From positions 480,001 to 544,000 of the forward strand of contig AE017150.2 in the NCBI GenBank assembly GCA_000002445.1: 64,000 nucleotides of DNA. The letters are read 5' to 3'. This stretch comes from Trypanosoma brucei (taxonomy: Eukaryota). The stretch's first letter is position 1; every line of letters starts with the position of its first letter. A program made the position numbers and the translations under genes. The notes below the pieces were generated by a model. That model searched no databases. It was not told the DNA's origin and worked only from the letters and a program-made list of their open reading frames with translations. Below, one piece after another: positions 13,301 through 24,677 of this stretch.

Positions 13301-14284
13301 CACCGTCCCTGAGAAGTCACACAAATGCTCCCTCGCAACAATTCACGTCGTCTTCTTCCCGTGCGCCACTCGAGTCGGCGCAGCGCGACGAGTTCCTTTC
13401 ACTTGGCGTGCAATTTAGTAATGAAGCACACCCAAACCCCTAAAGGAACAACAACGGACCTGTTAGGGTAAATGTCCCAGCTCCGTCCCACTGCACGCCA
13501 CCGTTCCTAACCTTCGTTTCACAAAACCCCCTCTTTTTTCCCCCCTCACCAGTATTGAGGCAACTGGGAGACTGACGTAGCCGACAGCAGAGACGGCAAG
13601 AGCTGGTTAGTTGAAGCCTTCACACACGGGTTAACACTGCGCGATCATCAACAACTACAACCTAGTTTCCGTACAAGCACACGAGGCCCACAAAAACAAC
13701 CACCAGACGGTAAGCAAAAGTCAAAGAATGAGAAGAAGTTCGTACAAAGCACTCTGAACGTAGGAAAAAACATGGAAGGGAAGGCAGTAAAGCAAGAAAA
13801 AAAGTGCAAAATGCGGGCGGCCACGCTAGACCAAGTAATTGTGTCAACACACAGATGCTAAAGTGAACAATCAAAAGACACTAGAAGAAGTGTGGGATGT
13901 GTTCACAGGTAACAGTCGAACGACAGAGATGAAAGGAAAACAAACGGATCAAAGGATGAAAAGTGGAAAGGCGAGAGGCGAATAGGGATTGTTGGCTCCC
14001 TCTTCCCAGGTGGCGAAAACATGTTCACTTAAAGTCTTTTTGACTTTTTCTACACCGTACTAGAACCCCCTTTAACTTAACCAGTAGCCATATAAAGAAT
14101 CATATATTAAAATACCTACAATCTGCTACAGCCGAAGAGTGAAGCAGTACAACAGACACGATTATATTTATGTCCACGTGACCCAACGCAACAGCAGAAA
14201 AGGGGGAAAAGCTGCTTAAGTCGAGCAGTTAACGGTGCGCAAATTGACACAGGCACATCAACTGCAAAGATCAGCATGTTCGCT

Positions 14285-15097
14285 CTACGAATGGGTAATA
14301 AGGACACCGGGTTTGAGGCTCTTATCCACTGTCACCGCAACAGTCCAGTTATCAATGAGTTTCGCAATATACACTGCTGCCCATTCAAGTTTCTTGTTTA
14401 CACGCGCCTTGAGCACGTTGCCCTTCACCAGAACACAGTCTGCTTCCACACCAACAACACCTGTCCATGGCTGGCCACGTCCGCACACAACCTCAGCACC
14501 AACAACGACACGATGGGGGCACTTTGGCACACGAGCAGTGATACTGGTGGTGTATGTGTTGAGTTTATTTGTGCGGACGGCTGCCGTGTAACCGCAGCGC
14601 GCGTAGCGGCACGAAGCAGTCCAATCACAGTTGCCTTTTGCTCCCAAATTGTAGAGAGCACCGCAGCCAACGCTGCAGTATGGCCCGATAGCTGTACCAG
14701 CACCAACTTCCAACGTTTTTTTCGTCAGTTTTTCATGCAGGGAAAGGAGACCCTGAAAGTTTCCTTCATGGCTCACCTCGTAGTTCCCATTTTTGTTCAC
14801 CACACCCTCAATTTTGTGGCCTTTATAGTGGTACGTCACAGTTCCAGTGACATTTGAGGTAGATGTTGCGTACGTGCCCTTCAAGGCCGCACCGCACTGA
14901 CTGATCGTATATTCCAGATCTGTTGAAAATGCGCCATCGGATGTGACGGTGGGGTTCAGGATGAGTTTATCCTTGGGACCTTTGAACTTGGACTCCAGTT
15001 TCCACTTTTGCGCACTGCTGTAGTTCTTTGTCAGTAGGTCTTTCGCATCCTTGTGGTAGTCCTTATACAGGACGAGGGATTTTGCAGGTGCAAACAT
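14285..15097 (-). CDS. VDAC: Mitochondrial outer-membrane porin VDAC (copy 1 of a tandem pair)
   Basis: ATG at 15095-15097. 270 aa. The N-terminal helix LYKDYHKDAKDLLTKNYS parallels the VDAC DLGKSARDVFTKGY motif. It shows the alternating hydrophilic/hydrophobic pattern of a beta-barrel. The C-terminal KVNKKLEWAAVYIA...SLKPGVLITHS parallels human VDAC KVNKKLETAVNLAW...TLKPGIKLTLSA. Confidence 0.8.
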   Translation of the reverse strand: MFAPAKSLVLYKDYHKDAKDLLTKNYSSAQKWKLESKFKGPKDKLILNPTVTSDGAFSTDLEYTISQCGAALKGTYATSTSNVTGTVTYHYKGHKIEGVVNKNGNYEVSHEGNFQGLLSLHEKLTKKTLEVGAGTAIGPYCSVGCGALYNLGAKGNCDWTASCRYARCGYTAAVRTNKLNTYTTSITARVPKCPHRVVVGAEVVCGRGQPWTGVVGVEADCVLVKGNVLKARVNKKLEWAAVYIAKLIDNWTVAVTVDKSLKPGVLITHS

Positions 15098-15600
15098 CCT
15101 TGTAACGGAAAGTTGTTTGAATAATAAAGAATATTAGCTAGTGACGATAAGGGTGTGGTAAAATAGATGGAAAGGGGGAAACGAGAGGCTTGAGCGACAG
15201 GTCACACGACAGGTGTAAGAAGTCATGTGGAAATAATTTGTATTGCGTGTCCACATGTGTACCTTACGTAACTGTGGACCAACGTAGTCGTAATAAAGGG
15301 CTGAATTCCTAATTGCTAAGTTTGCACGGTAAATACAATGCGCGTTTATACATATAGATGCTGCTAAGTGTTTTTGCCCCCCGGGCTTCCATCCCCCCTG
15401 GCAGAGCTGCCGATACAATCCATCCTAACGCTCGATAAAACATAGGTGGAAGCTCGACGAATACCCACCCTATTATTGGCTCCGTTCTTGTCCATGTTAC
15501 CCAACTTTGGCGGTAAATTGCTGGTACACCGAAAACGAACAAACAAACAATAAAAAAATACGTTCAAAGAAAAAAAAAATAAAGTAATATAGTAAACGAT

Positions 15601-16413
15601 CTACGAATGGGTAATAAGGACACCGGGTTTGAGGCTCTTATCCACTGTCACCGCAACAGTCCAGTTATCAATGAGTTTCGCAATATACACTGCTGCCCAT
15701 TCAAGTTTCTTGTTTACACGCGCCTTGAGCACGTTGCCCTTCACCAGAACACAGTCTGCTTCCACACCAACAACACCTGTCCATGGCTGGCCACGTCCGC
15801 ACACAACCTCAGCACCAACAACGACACGATGGGGGCACTTTGGCACACGAGCAGTGATACTGGTGGTGTATGTGTTGAGTTTATTTGTGCGGACGGCTGC
15901 CGTGTAACCGCAGCGCGCGTAGCGGCACGAAGCAGTCCAATCACAGTTGCCTTTTGCTCCCAAATTGTAGAGAGCACCGCAGCCAACGCTGCAGTATGGC
16001 CCGATAGCTGTACCAGCACCAACTTCCAACGTTTTTTTCGTCAGTTTTTCATGCAGGGAAAGGAGACCCTGAAAGTTTCCTTCATGGCTCACCTCGTAGT
16101 TCCCATTTTTGTTCACCACACCCTCAATTTTGTGGCCTTTATAGTGGTACGTCACAGTTCCAGTGACATTTGAGGTAGATGTTGCGTACGTGCCCTTCAA
16201 GGCCGCACCGCACTGACTGATCGTATATTCCAGATCTGTTGAAAATGCGCCATCGGATGTGACGGTGGGGTTCAGGATGAGTTTATCCTTGGGACCTTTG
16301 AACTTGGACTCCAGTTTCCACTTTTGCGCACTGCTGTAGTTCTTTGTCAGTAGGTCTTTCGCATCCTTGTGGTAGTCCTTATACAGGACGAGGGATTTTG
16401 CAGGTGCAAACAT
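15601..16413 (-). CDS. VDAC: Mitochondrial outer-membrane porin VDAC (copy 2, nucleotide-identical CDS)
   Basis: The 270-aa translation is identical to the ORF at 14285-15097. ATG at 16411-16413. Confidence 0.8.
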   Translation of the reverse strand: MFAPAKSLVLYKDYHKDAKDLLTKNYSSAQKWKLESKFKGPKDKLILNPTVTSDGAFSTDLEYTISQCGAALKGTYATSTSNVTGTVTYHYKGHKIEGVVNKNGNYEVSHEGNFQGLLSLHEKLTKKTLEVGAGTAIGPYCSVGCGALYNLGAKGNCDWTASCRYARCGYTAAVRTNKLNTYTTSITARVPKCPHRVVVGAEVVCGRGQPWTGVVGVEADCVLVKGNVLKARVNKKLEWAAVYIAKLIDNWTVAVTVDKSLKPGVLITHS

Positions 16414-16787
16414 CCTTGTAACGGAAAGTTGTTTGAATAATAAAGAATATTAGCTAGTGACGATAAGGGTGTGGTAAAATAGATGAAAAGAAAGGGGGAA
16501 ACGAGAGGCTTGAGCGACAGGTCACACGACAGGTGTAAGAAGTCATTATTTATGCAGTGTGACAATTTCCGTTGGCCGAACGGTCCCAACTGTTCTCGAC
16601 AAGCGTCCTCCGAGTGTTATCTGTTGAATGTACAAAGGTAATCTGGCACCGAATAGTTGATTGGCGAGTAGACGGCACTGCATTGCGTGATCTGGGAGCG
16701 CCGCACCGGAAGTGGGCTCAGGCACAAACTGCGAGGTGCCGCGGCACATTTTTGCTATTGCACCGATTTGAAAGGAACGAACTCATT

Positions 16788-16797
16788 GGGGGGGGGG
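16788..16797. repeat. G10 homopolymer (further G10 at 24150-24159)
   Basis: ttggggggggggccg. These are poly-C in the transcribed orientation and lie in intergenic regions of the minus-strand cluster. Confidence 0.85.
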
Positions 16798-17928
16798 CCG
16801 TCGAGAACCTTGCGATATAAGGTGGAGCTTTCGGGCGTAAAAGCTGCTAATGTGCAGTCACCCATACGAAAAAAAATAAAAAATAAACCACCCTTTTTGC
16901 CTCACAAGTATGTTCAAATCGGCAGAAAGTCGGGGACTAAACATGCACCACCGAAAGAACGCACACGATCTTCATAAAATCAGTGGTGTCATCATCCCAC
17001 CCATCTTTCTGCAGTACAAGTAATGGTGGTGGAAGAGATGATGGTAGCGTCACTTTAAAGTAGAAGCGCTATTTAGTTCCGTCGCGAGCTAGTGTGAAAG
17101 TAAAAATACAAAAGGATCATGTGAGTATTCAAGTCCCGACACTCACGTTGGGCACACATGTCTGCGGCATCTCCAGTACTTTTTCCCCATCAAAACAACA
17201 CCCATCTTCGTGCGCCGACGCGCGGGCGGAAGCACATCTAAGAACATCACGCGTTTGTGTGTTTGTACGCAATACGGCGTGCACGTGAGTGCCGAATGAA
17301 AGAAACTTCAGAAAGGATAAGGGGCACAAAGGAATCATTGCAGTGAATAAAACAAAAAAAAAGAGTAATGATGGCAGATGACATTTTGTGGGTGTGAGAC
17401 GAACAGGGCAAGAACTAAAAAAATAAAACGGGAAGGATCGTTACCCCCGCGTTGGAGTCGTATGGTGTGTATGTTTGCTCTTAATAATAAGTACCACAGC
17501 CGTTTGGACACTTACCCAAACAGTCACGGCCGCTGAACTTCCATGTAGTGAGACCATCACGCCTTCCTGTGGGTCCACTTCCCTTGTTGAAACCGTTCTT
17601 AATGTTAGTAGCCTGAATACATTCTAACGTGCGGGCACGCAAGAGCGAGAAAACAAAACATCTTCCGCGAAACAACGTTGCCCGCAGCTCGTGGTGCACC
17701 CGTAGCGCAAACCAACAAACAGTGCGCATTTAATAATTTGGACAATTGCCACATGCGCTAGTCAAGCATATACGTAAACAACCGCAGCATGAACCAATCA
17801 ACCATGCCTCTTGATGACTAAACACATGCGAAGCACTCGAGCAAGCAGTTTACCGGTCCTCGCGTATTCATTGAGGCAGTGCCGGGGCTGTGATCGATAC
17901 CGTTCTGATGAAACTTCAACTGTGAGCC

Positions 17929-20241
17929 TCACATAGGGTCCGAAACACCGTGCCTGCGGGATCTATGTACTGCAGCCTCTTGAAGTACCTGCCGAAGTAA
18001 CAGCAAACCGTAGGGAATCAAACGCGCCTCTCCTGCACCCGGCGCTGCGTGGGATGCCCTGTCACCCCCTAACGCATCAGGTTCCTCGCCGCCAGTTTCT
18101 TGTGCGTAGTTGGGCACTGAACCACTTAAGCCCGTGAGTGTCCTACTGCCCCTGGCGCCGGCAACATTCGTTGAAAAAGCAGGAGCATATATGTCTTCAG
18201 TTTTGTGCAGAAGTGGCTGCGGTTGAAACGCCGCCGTCACTTCATTTGTGGCCTTGCAGGTGCCGCCTTCAAATGGATGTTCGGTAAGTTCACCGGATGC
18301 TGGAAAGAGTCGTGCATAAGTCGGTGGCAACGGAGCAGCGGAACATGACGAGGGTGGCTGCTCCCGGCCACGATTACCGCTCTTGTCATCCGCATCATCG
18401 GCAGGGCCGCTTTGACCTCGACCTTCTCTGCCACGCTGCGTCGAGCCGCCTACTGAAATCGGGGGTGCCGTGTGCGCTTCCCACGGGTGTGAGGTGGTGC
18501 TCTCCCCGCTTTGCTTGCTCACCGAAGCGGGACCCGCGCTCGCTCCCGTGGCTTCTGTGAGCGTAGAGCCTCCACACGTTCCTATGTCATCATCGGTTAC
18601 TATGGTGCTTACGCCAGCAGCAAGTGGGCATGATGTGCGCGATGCCGCACCAGCGTAGGAGTCTTGCAGGGTGCTGGACTTCAAACCGGCGTGATCAGCA
18701 TTAATGGCGCCGGCACATTGACGCGTAGTGGGGGGGAGGGCCGTTATCTTGGACAACATCGAGCGGTTTAATGGACCGTCATCCTTTTGCCCTGTGAGCA
18801 TCGGCGACTTTGCACAACCAACGTCGACCATCTCGATTAGTTGGCTAGGGGCCTTCAATTCGCCTTCACTTTCATCCACCAAGTCCCCTCGAGTTACAGG
18901 TGAACTGGAAACCTCTTTGCCCAAGACTGGTGTCACGGGCGTAACGGTTGCACTAACGGACACGTGTGAGTGGGGTGCCTCCTCTACATCGTGCATACTT
19001 CTTTCCTCTTTACTGCAAAAGTCTGTCCCAGATATGGAAACGACACCGTCTTCAGTGCGAAAAAGACTTTCAACGGTGTCTTCTGCGGCCGCATTGGGTG
19101 AGGGTTCGTGCAGTGATGCTTCTAGCTTATCAGTCGGTAAACGGGGGCCGTTCAACACCTCCCCACGTGGCTGCTCGCGCTGTTTACCCCACCAACACTG
19201 CAGATCACCAACTTCACCGTTATGATAACGGTGAACATTTTTACTATTGCTATAGTCAGCACTTCTTCCAACGTCACTGCTGTCGGTTCTGTCGCCGCCC
19301 CTCCCGTTCTCATGTAATGCCATTTCGCCCGCCGTACTGCACAACGAAAAGGTGGTGCCATCAGCGGGAAGTTCTTCACTGCAATGGATAGGTTCTCTCT
19401 GCCCTTTACACCCTCCTTGTTGCACGTCTAAGCAAGGTGGGCTGTCAACCAGTTCAGTTTGCGTATCGCTTTCAGCAGCCTCGGGCACTTTCAAGTTATC
19501 CACTGTCTCGGAGGCGCTGACCTTCCCATTAGTGTCGTGACCTTTACTGAGAGCCATTTCATCCCCGCACGTTAGCGGCCGTCCTGTCTCTTCTCCTATT
19601 CTCCTGCCCGACATCAGCCCACTCGTGGCCCCGTCACTGTGTTCAATGTTGGTAGTCAATCTCCCTTTGTTCGTCTCGGGTCCGGCCGCAGGATAGCCGT
19701 CTTTACCCTTAGCCTCACCAAAGCCCTCGTCTCGTGCTGTTGGCGGTTCCTCCATGAGGGTTTCGTCATTCCATATAATTCCCCTCGTGCGATTTCTGGA
19801 GGGCGGGGCGCGTCCACCGGAGGGAGTAGATGATTTTTTAGGAGAGTTAGGAGTTGTGCAGTCCGTAACCTCCCCATGAAGACCCAGGAAACGAACCCGT
19901 CGGTGAACAGCACTTTCCAAATCAACCCACTGCGAGTCCGCTACGGAAACAACCGCGGATAGAATGATTTGTAAACACGCAACCTTTTCAGCTACTTGAT
20001 CATTGCACACGTTCACCTCTCCTCCTACACAGGGCGACGAAGCGCAGAGGGTGGCGAGAGAGTCAACCACACCAATGGCCCGTCGAACCGCTGCGAGAGC
20101 CTCTTCCGATGGATTACCAAAATCGCCGCTGTAAGGTCCTTCAATATGCGGCTCGGATGGAAGTGAAAGAGGAGCTGGGGATGAACCCGCCGCGGCGGTA
20201 CACTGTCTTTGATATCGTTCGTAGTGTGGTTGCCCTGACAT
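17929..20241 (-). CDS. Hypothetical low-complexity (Ser/Gly/Thr/Pro-rich) protein
   Basis: Long minus-strand ORF. The ORF-track start at 20430 is GTG. In-frame ATGs are at 20427 and 20241 (MSGQPHYERYQRQC). The stretch between them is pyrimidine-rich on the coding strand (FLCLPTHFLFPP), which looks like a splice-acceptor tract, so I prefer 20241. No recognisable domain. Confidence 0.5.
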   Translation of the reverse strand: MSGQPHYERYQRQCTAAAGSSPAPLSLPSEPHIEGPYSGDFGNPSEEALAAVRRAIGVVDSLATLCASSPCVGGEVNVCNDQVAEKVACLQIILSAVVSVADSQWVDLESAVHRRVRFLGLHGEVTDCTTPNSPKKSSTPSGGRAPPSRNRTRGIIWNDETLMEEPPTARDEGFGEAKGKDGYPAAGPETNKGRLTTNIEHSDGATSGLMSGRRIGEETGRPLTCGDEMALSKGHDTNGKVSASETVDNLKVPEAAESDTQTELVDSPPCLDVQQGGCKGQREPIHCSEELPADGTTFSLCSTAGEMALHENGRGGDRTDSSDVGRSADYSNSKNVHRYHNGEVGDLQCWWGKQREQPRGEVLNGPRLPTDKLEASLHEPSPNAAAEDTVESLFRTEDGVVSISGTDFCSKEERSMHDVEEAPHSHVSVSATVTPVTPVLGKEVSSSPVTRGDLVDESEGELKAPSQLIEMVDVGCAKSPMLTGQKDDGPLNRSMLSKITALPPTTRQCAGAINADHAGLKSSTLQDSYAGAASRTSCPLAAGVSTIVTDDDIGTCGGSTLTEATGASAGPASVSKQSGESTTSHPWEAHTAPPISVGGSTQRGREGRGQSGPADDADDKSGNRGREQPPSSCSAAPLPPTYARLFPASGELTEHPFEGGTCKATNEVTAAFQPQPLLHKTEDIYAPAFSTNVAGARGSRTLTGLSGSVPNYAQETGGEEPDALGGDRASHAAPGAGEARLIPYGLLLLRQVLQEAAVHRSRRHGVSDPM

Positions 20242-20795
20242 GGTCTTTAGAACGATTCTTCCCCTCCTGTTTACACCAGAAACTGCCTTTACCAAGGGTA
20301 TCCACGTGCATGGGGGAAAAAGGAAATGAGTGGGCAAGCATAAGAAGAAACTCAACCGAGAGTCTTTGTGTGCCAGAGCATAAAATAAGTGTGTGAACAA
20401 CAAAGTGCGACACATACAAACGAGCATCACATACCAACAGTTTTATACGTCTGTTTATCAATAACTCGGACTTTAATCACAGCGACTGTGTCATACGCCA
20501 TAACCCAGCGGTAACGACGCTGGCAGGGGAGTTAGTAGAGTACTGCGCCGTGCTGCTCCGCAGCAACCTCTCCACGCCAATGACGACCCCCTTCCCCGTA
20601 AAGACCTACCCATGCACACTTACCAGTTTCGATCAGCGGAAAGGCCACATTACTTTGTAAAAGCGATGCGCACAATGACAACAACAGCAAAAAAGTGTGA
20701 ACTTACGGCAACAAGCTAAACTCGAAAGAGTCTTGTTCCTCGCCCCTCACCCACCTCTTTCCGTTTTACGACGTGCCACAAGGGTGCCACAATTG

Positions 20796-21335
20796 TCATT
20801 CCCTTTTAACCCTCCCTACATCCGGTGTCTGCGGCTGCAGGAAATCCATGGCAGTACTTAGATGCTCATCGATGGCAGTGAACGGGTCTGCTACAAAGGC
20901 AGGCATCTGTGTGACTTGATCAAAGAGGGCCAACTCCTCTCGTGCCGTATTCATGCGGTTTGTTGCCGCCGTGATCCGAGAATTCGACTCGATTACACGA
21001 GAGGCAACCCTCGCTGCCGCGCGGCGTGTCTGCGCCTGCGGGCTTCTCTTACCCCGTCGACTAGAGTTAGTTCCTGTGCCGTGAGACGGTCCAGATGGTT
21101 TACCACCTTCTTTCAGCACGACGGTGGATGCAGAAGTTGCAGCGACCTTATTAGCCTTGCCGGTACTTACTTTTTTCCCCTCACGTCGTTCCTTCTTTGC
21201 CCCGGTTGTGCCGCCGACTAGTCTTGACGGCTTCATTTTTTCGGTTACTGCAGTTTTGGAGCGGTCACCAACGGATTTATTGTCGGCTTGCTTTACCGCT
21301 GGCCTCCGGGGCCCCTGAGAACGAGGCTTCACCAT
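20796..21335 (-). CDS. Hypothetical basic protein (Lys/Arg/Ser/Thr-rich disordered N-terminus, acidic/hydrophobic C-terminal ~50 aa)
   Basis: ATG at 21333-21335. 179 aa. The composition suggests a nuclear or nucleic-acid-binding protein. No motif recognised. Confidence 0.45.
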   Translation of the reverse strand: MVKPRSQGPRRPAVKQADNKSVGDRSKTAVTEKMKPSRLVGGTTGAKKERREGKKVSTGKANKVAATSASTVVLKEGGKPSGPSHGTGTNSSRRGKRSPQAQTRRAAARVASRVIESNSRITAATNRMNTAREELALFDQVTQMPAFVADPFTAIDEHLSTAMDFLQPQTPDVGRVKRE

Positions 21336-21835
21336 TTGCTAAGAGTCTCATCAGATGTTTTGAGTAGGTAGGGACATGAGAGTGGAGAAAGGGGTTGAAA
21401 GCAAGTATGGGTTGTGACTGCTGCATGCTGCACATATGCACGAGAGAGCATCGAGTTCAGCATTAGTAGTGGTTGAACTCCAATCGTGTCCTTCCAGCCG
21501 TAGGAGCCGTGGGAAAGCGCTGTAGTCGGACCCACTTCACCTTTGGCCGTTCAAAGGAAACTTTAAACAAGTGAGCGTAGTTCAAATAAATCCAAAAGAT
21601 GAAAGGAAGTTACAAAGCGGCAACCAAGCTATACGGAGGCGACCCTGACGGAAAGTGGGTGTTTGTGAAGAAAGGCTAAAAGAGGGGTATTAAAATAAAA
21701 TATACATCCATCGGATGAAAAGGCTGTGAAGAACAAAGAAAAATAGGCAAACAGGGTACTGTGTCAACCTTGTCCACACCCTGCTGAGCCAAAAAAGGAA
21801 AGATAGGCGAGTGCCGTTGTTTCCGCCCTTTTCGC

Positions 21836-23563
21836 TCACCAAAAAACGCGGAGCAGGCCATATTTCATTGCTTCCGCTAGCGCTTGTGGTGACTCGGTTA
21901 CGCGACGCCCACGGAGTAGAAACGACGACCTCGGCAGCGGTGCCCACACCTCAGCCAGTTTGAGTACGCCATCAGAAGATTGCACCTCCCCGCTGTTCTG
22001 CAACTGTTTGCTATTTCTACTCTCTTTACGCTGCGACGCACCGCAGCTCAGGAAGCGGAGGTGATTCGTGTGAGGGTGGTCACGAGAGCCTTGCTGTGGC
22101 TGCATATTGGTTGTTTCTAGTAGCTGCTCAGCAACAACTAACTTCTCAGAAGCGGTTAATGCGGTGCCGGAAGCATAATAATATAAAATAGTGGAAAGTG
22201 ACCCCATTAGGGCGCCCTTTGCTTGACTTTGTGGGAAAAAATTAGCGCGCAACGTGCGACACAACGACTGCCGTGCCCACAAAAGGGGTGCAACAGCATC
22301 ACGTGCCGCGTCAGCGACACTGGTACGATGCCCTATTGTTGCTTCTTCAGTTTGTGGCCACAATGTGGTATGTGGCTTGCACAGCCACTCATGGTGATCC
22401 GTTCCTGTATTGAAGCGAAGCGCAAAAAATGTGCTCTCACAGCAAGGGCGGATGATCCACACGCCCACACCCACACTATCGCTGGATGCGAACCTTGGTT
22501 CCCTTTCTGCCTCATCAGCGCCAGATGAAAAGTTATCCCCGCCTTTGTGAGTCCTAAACGGGGTGTCAGCAGCGGAGTTTTGGTGCGATAGGCAGTGTGG
22601 ACACGACAGCTCACCGTTTCTTTGCTGTCGACGGATGTGAGAAGCAAAGTCTTTCAAGTTCAACGTCTCCGTGCCGGGATCGGTCAACCCCGGAATGTGG
22701 TGCAGCACCGCAACATGTTGAAGCCATACGGGGTGGTTTGACATCTTCTTTTCCTTCTCGGAATGGCGCTTGGTGCTGTTACTCTTGTTGCGGCTGGCGA
22801 TGATGCCGCCGCGGTGAGGCCACCCTTTATCAGAGCGGCGGAAACCACCGAACTCCCGCAGGAAGCCGCCGTCTTCCATGACAGCACGTGCCATACCCGT
22901 TTGGCATCTTCTCGTCATTTGGCTGTCCGGAAGAAGGAAACGTGGTGGAATGAAAATATTGTACACGGCGGGGGTAACAAATATCTTTGGAACGCCATTC
23001 GACCCCCCAGTGATCCTACTGTTGAAATCGCTGACCTTCTTTTCTCCACATTCCGCTTGAATGGAGGTGCTAACTCTTTGCAACTGGACGCGCTCCCACG
23101 GGATCGGTTGGCAGCACGCGCGCAGTCGGCCAACCGTAATAAATGCATGGCTTCGTGCACTGTCACGAGTACCTAACGGGATCGGGCCCCTCTTATTGAT
23201 ATCATCGGCGTTGTGGACGGCACGGGCTACTTTTACTTCTTCCGCTGCTCGTTTTGGGGGAAATATTATCTCCAACCGCTCTAATATAGTGGAGGGTGTA
23301 AGAACTATTTCACTGCAGCGCCTCTCGCCGCGAACTGCAAGACGTGGCGGCAAGGTATATGTGTTGACCGTTTCACGCATCTCGGCTTTGACGGTGTGGT
23401 CGGTTTTTGAAGTCGGTACCTTCCCGCGGTCGTTGGGCGGCGGCTTTGAGTCCAACAATGTGAAGGAGTGGAGCGGTACCACGCGCAGATGTGAAAATAT
23501 CGATTTCAGCAGAGCGGTGGAGCGCTGCAAGAACAGTGGCGGCGAGCGCAAAAGGCCACACAT
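21836..23563 (-). CDS. Hypothetical protein, 575 aa
   Basis: ATG at 23561-23563. A long non-repetitive ORF in the same orientation as the surrounding cluster. The true start may be an internal Met. No family recognised. Confidence 0.5.
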   Translation of the reverse strand: MCGLLRSPPLFLQRSTALLKSIFSHLRVVPLHSFTLLDSKPPPNDRGKVPTSKTDHTVKAEMRETVNTYTLPPRLAVRGERRCSEIVLTPSTILERLEIIFPPKRAAEEVKVARAVHNADDINKRGPIPLGTRDSARSHAFITVGRLRACCQPIPWERVQLQRVSTSIQAECGEKKVSDFNSRITGGSNGVPKIFVTPAVYNIFIPPRFLLPDSQMTRRCQTGMARAVMEDGGFLREFGGFRRSDKGWPHRGGIIASRNKSNSTKRHSEKEKKMSNHPVWLQHVAVLHHIPGLTDPGTETLNLKDFASHIRRQQRNGELSCPHCLSHQNSAADTPFRTHKGGDNFSSGADEAEREPRFASSDSVGVGVWIIRPCCESTFFALRFNTGTDHHEWLCKPHTTLWPQTEEATIGHRTSVADAARDAVAPLLWARQSLCRTLRANFFPQSQAKGALMGSLSTILYYYASGTALTASEKLVVAEQLLETTNMQPQQGSRDHPHTNHLRFLSCGASQRKESRNSKQLQNSGEVQSSDGVLKLAEVWAPLPRSSFLLRGRRVTESPQALAEAMKYGLLRVFW

Positions 23564-24176
23564 GAGAGGGCGACAGAAATGCCGTTCCCCTGCTACTCAA
23601 GCACTTGTCTTAAGCACGTGGGAAAGAAGAGTTTGGTTTTGCATGGATGTGTCGTAATGGAAAATAAGTATGGTAGAAGCAATCGTGTGAACAGGTTACT
23701 AATCGAATAAGCATGAGGGTTCACTTGATGAGTCTACATAGTTGGACTGAGTTATACAGAAAAAAAGGGAAGGAAGAAAAAAAGATACACTCACTGCACT
23801 AACTACAATGTGTGTCATCCATCCGTACCAAAATACACTGCCACTCACATGAAAGCATGATTGCCGTAAGATGGTGACACGCATATCCCAGCCCCTTAAA
23901 CCCCTTAAATGCCTATGGGAAAGGGAGACCGCGGCAGTCTTATTGACCAAAGATAGACGTACGATAGATGTCAACGGCCCCCTTTGAAGCAGCCAAGCAA
24001 GCAACTGGACAATGATGACGATCGGCTACCGCGCAGTGAACGCTGTAAAAACAACACTCTGGGGACCCGCCGCATAAAATAGGTACGAAACGAATAGGTA
24101 ACAGAACCAAAGGTGTAGACGACGTTGAGAACTGCGATAAAATGACAGAGGGGGGGGGGTAAGGAAAGGGCTACCA

Positions 24177-24677
24177 TTATTCGTCATCGTCATCAGCAGA
24201 GTTGTTCTTCTCCCCGTTGCTCCAAAGATCTGTGCTTACCCCTTGGCGACGGACCAGTTCTTCGACATACTCTGATGAAGGAATTTCATCCCTTAACTGA
24301 TTGAGCGAGGGCAAAATGCGATCCAATTGTGATGCACTCGGTGGATCCAAATCTGCGGGGAAGCACTCCGAGTTGCTATCACTAAATAAAGCGCGGCCCT
24401 TTGTTTCTGCGGCATCGGGTGTGATGTTCCTCCCATGAGGTGAAGGGAGTGTCTTTTTGTTTTGAAAAACTGACCGCCGGGAATCAGTAAATGCGACAGC
24501 CTGGATATTTGCTATCATTGCCATGGCAGCGAGGGGTCGGTATGAGGGACCTCCAGCCCCACCACATGTCGAAAATTCCACTACTCCATTGCAAGAGGAA
24601 GAGGCAGTTGAGGATGAACGTATTCGGAGGCGGCGCACGCCTAAGGCAAGAATCCTTTCAGAGGTACGCGGAGACAT
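24177..24677 (-). CDS. Hypothetical protein, ~166 aa
   Basis: The ORF-track start at 24710 is TTG, and the first ATG is at 24675-24677 (MSPRTSERIL). Complex composition with an acidic C-terminus (SADDDDE). It sits in the correct orientation between flanking genes. No homology recognised. Confidence 0.4.
   Translation of the reverse strand: MSPRTSERILALGVRRLRIRSSSTASSSCNGVVEFSTCGGAGGPSYRPLAAMAMIANIQAVAFTDSRRSVFQNKKTLPSPHGRNITPDAAETKGRALFSDSNSECFPADLDPPSASQLDRILPSLNQLRDEIPSSEYVEELVRRQGVSTDLWSNGEKNNSADDDDE

Larger units (their letters stand above)
14284..16546. repeat. Tandem duplication with a 1316-bp period: unit A is 14284-15226 and unit B is 15600-16546, each holding the full VDAC CDS plus ~130 bp of 5' flank, separated by unique spacer
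   Basis: The two units are identical wherever I compared them by eye across CDS and 5' flank. The exception is a 4-bp indel in the 5' flank (atggaaaggggg versus atgaaaagaaaggggg). The 3' flanks (below 14284 and 15600) and the distal 5' flanks (after ...gtaagaagtcat) are unrelated. Confidence 0.9.

Noticed and set aside
14276-14857. Plus-strand ORFs of 188-193 aa (14276-14857, 15607-16173) and other antisense ORFs over real genes (for example 3191-3637 +, 8238-8747 +, 18728-19225 +, 42863-43411 -, 43330-43938 -)
   Set aside because: They lie entirely antisense to well-supported genes with recognisable homology. These are shadow ORFs typical of GC-balanced coding sequence.
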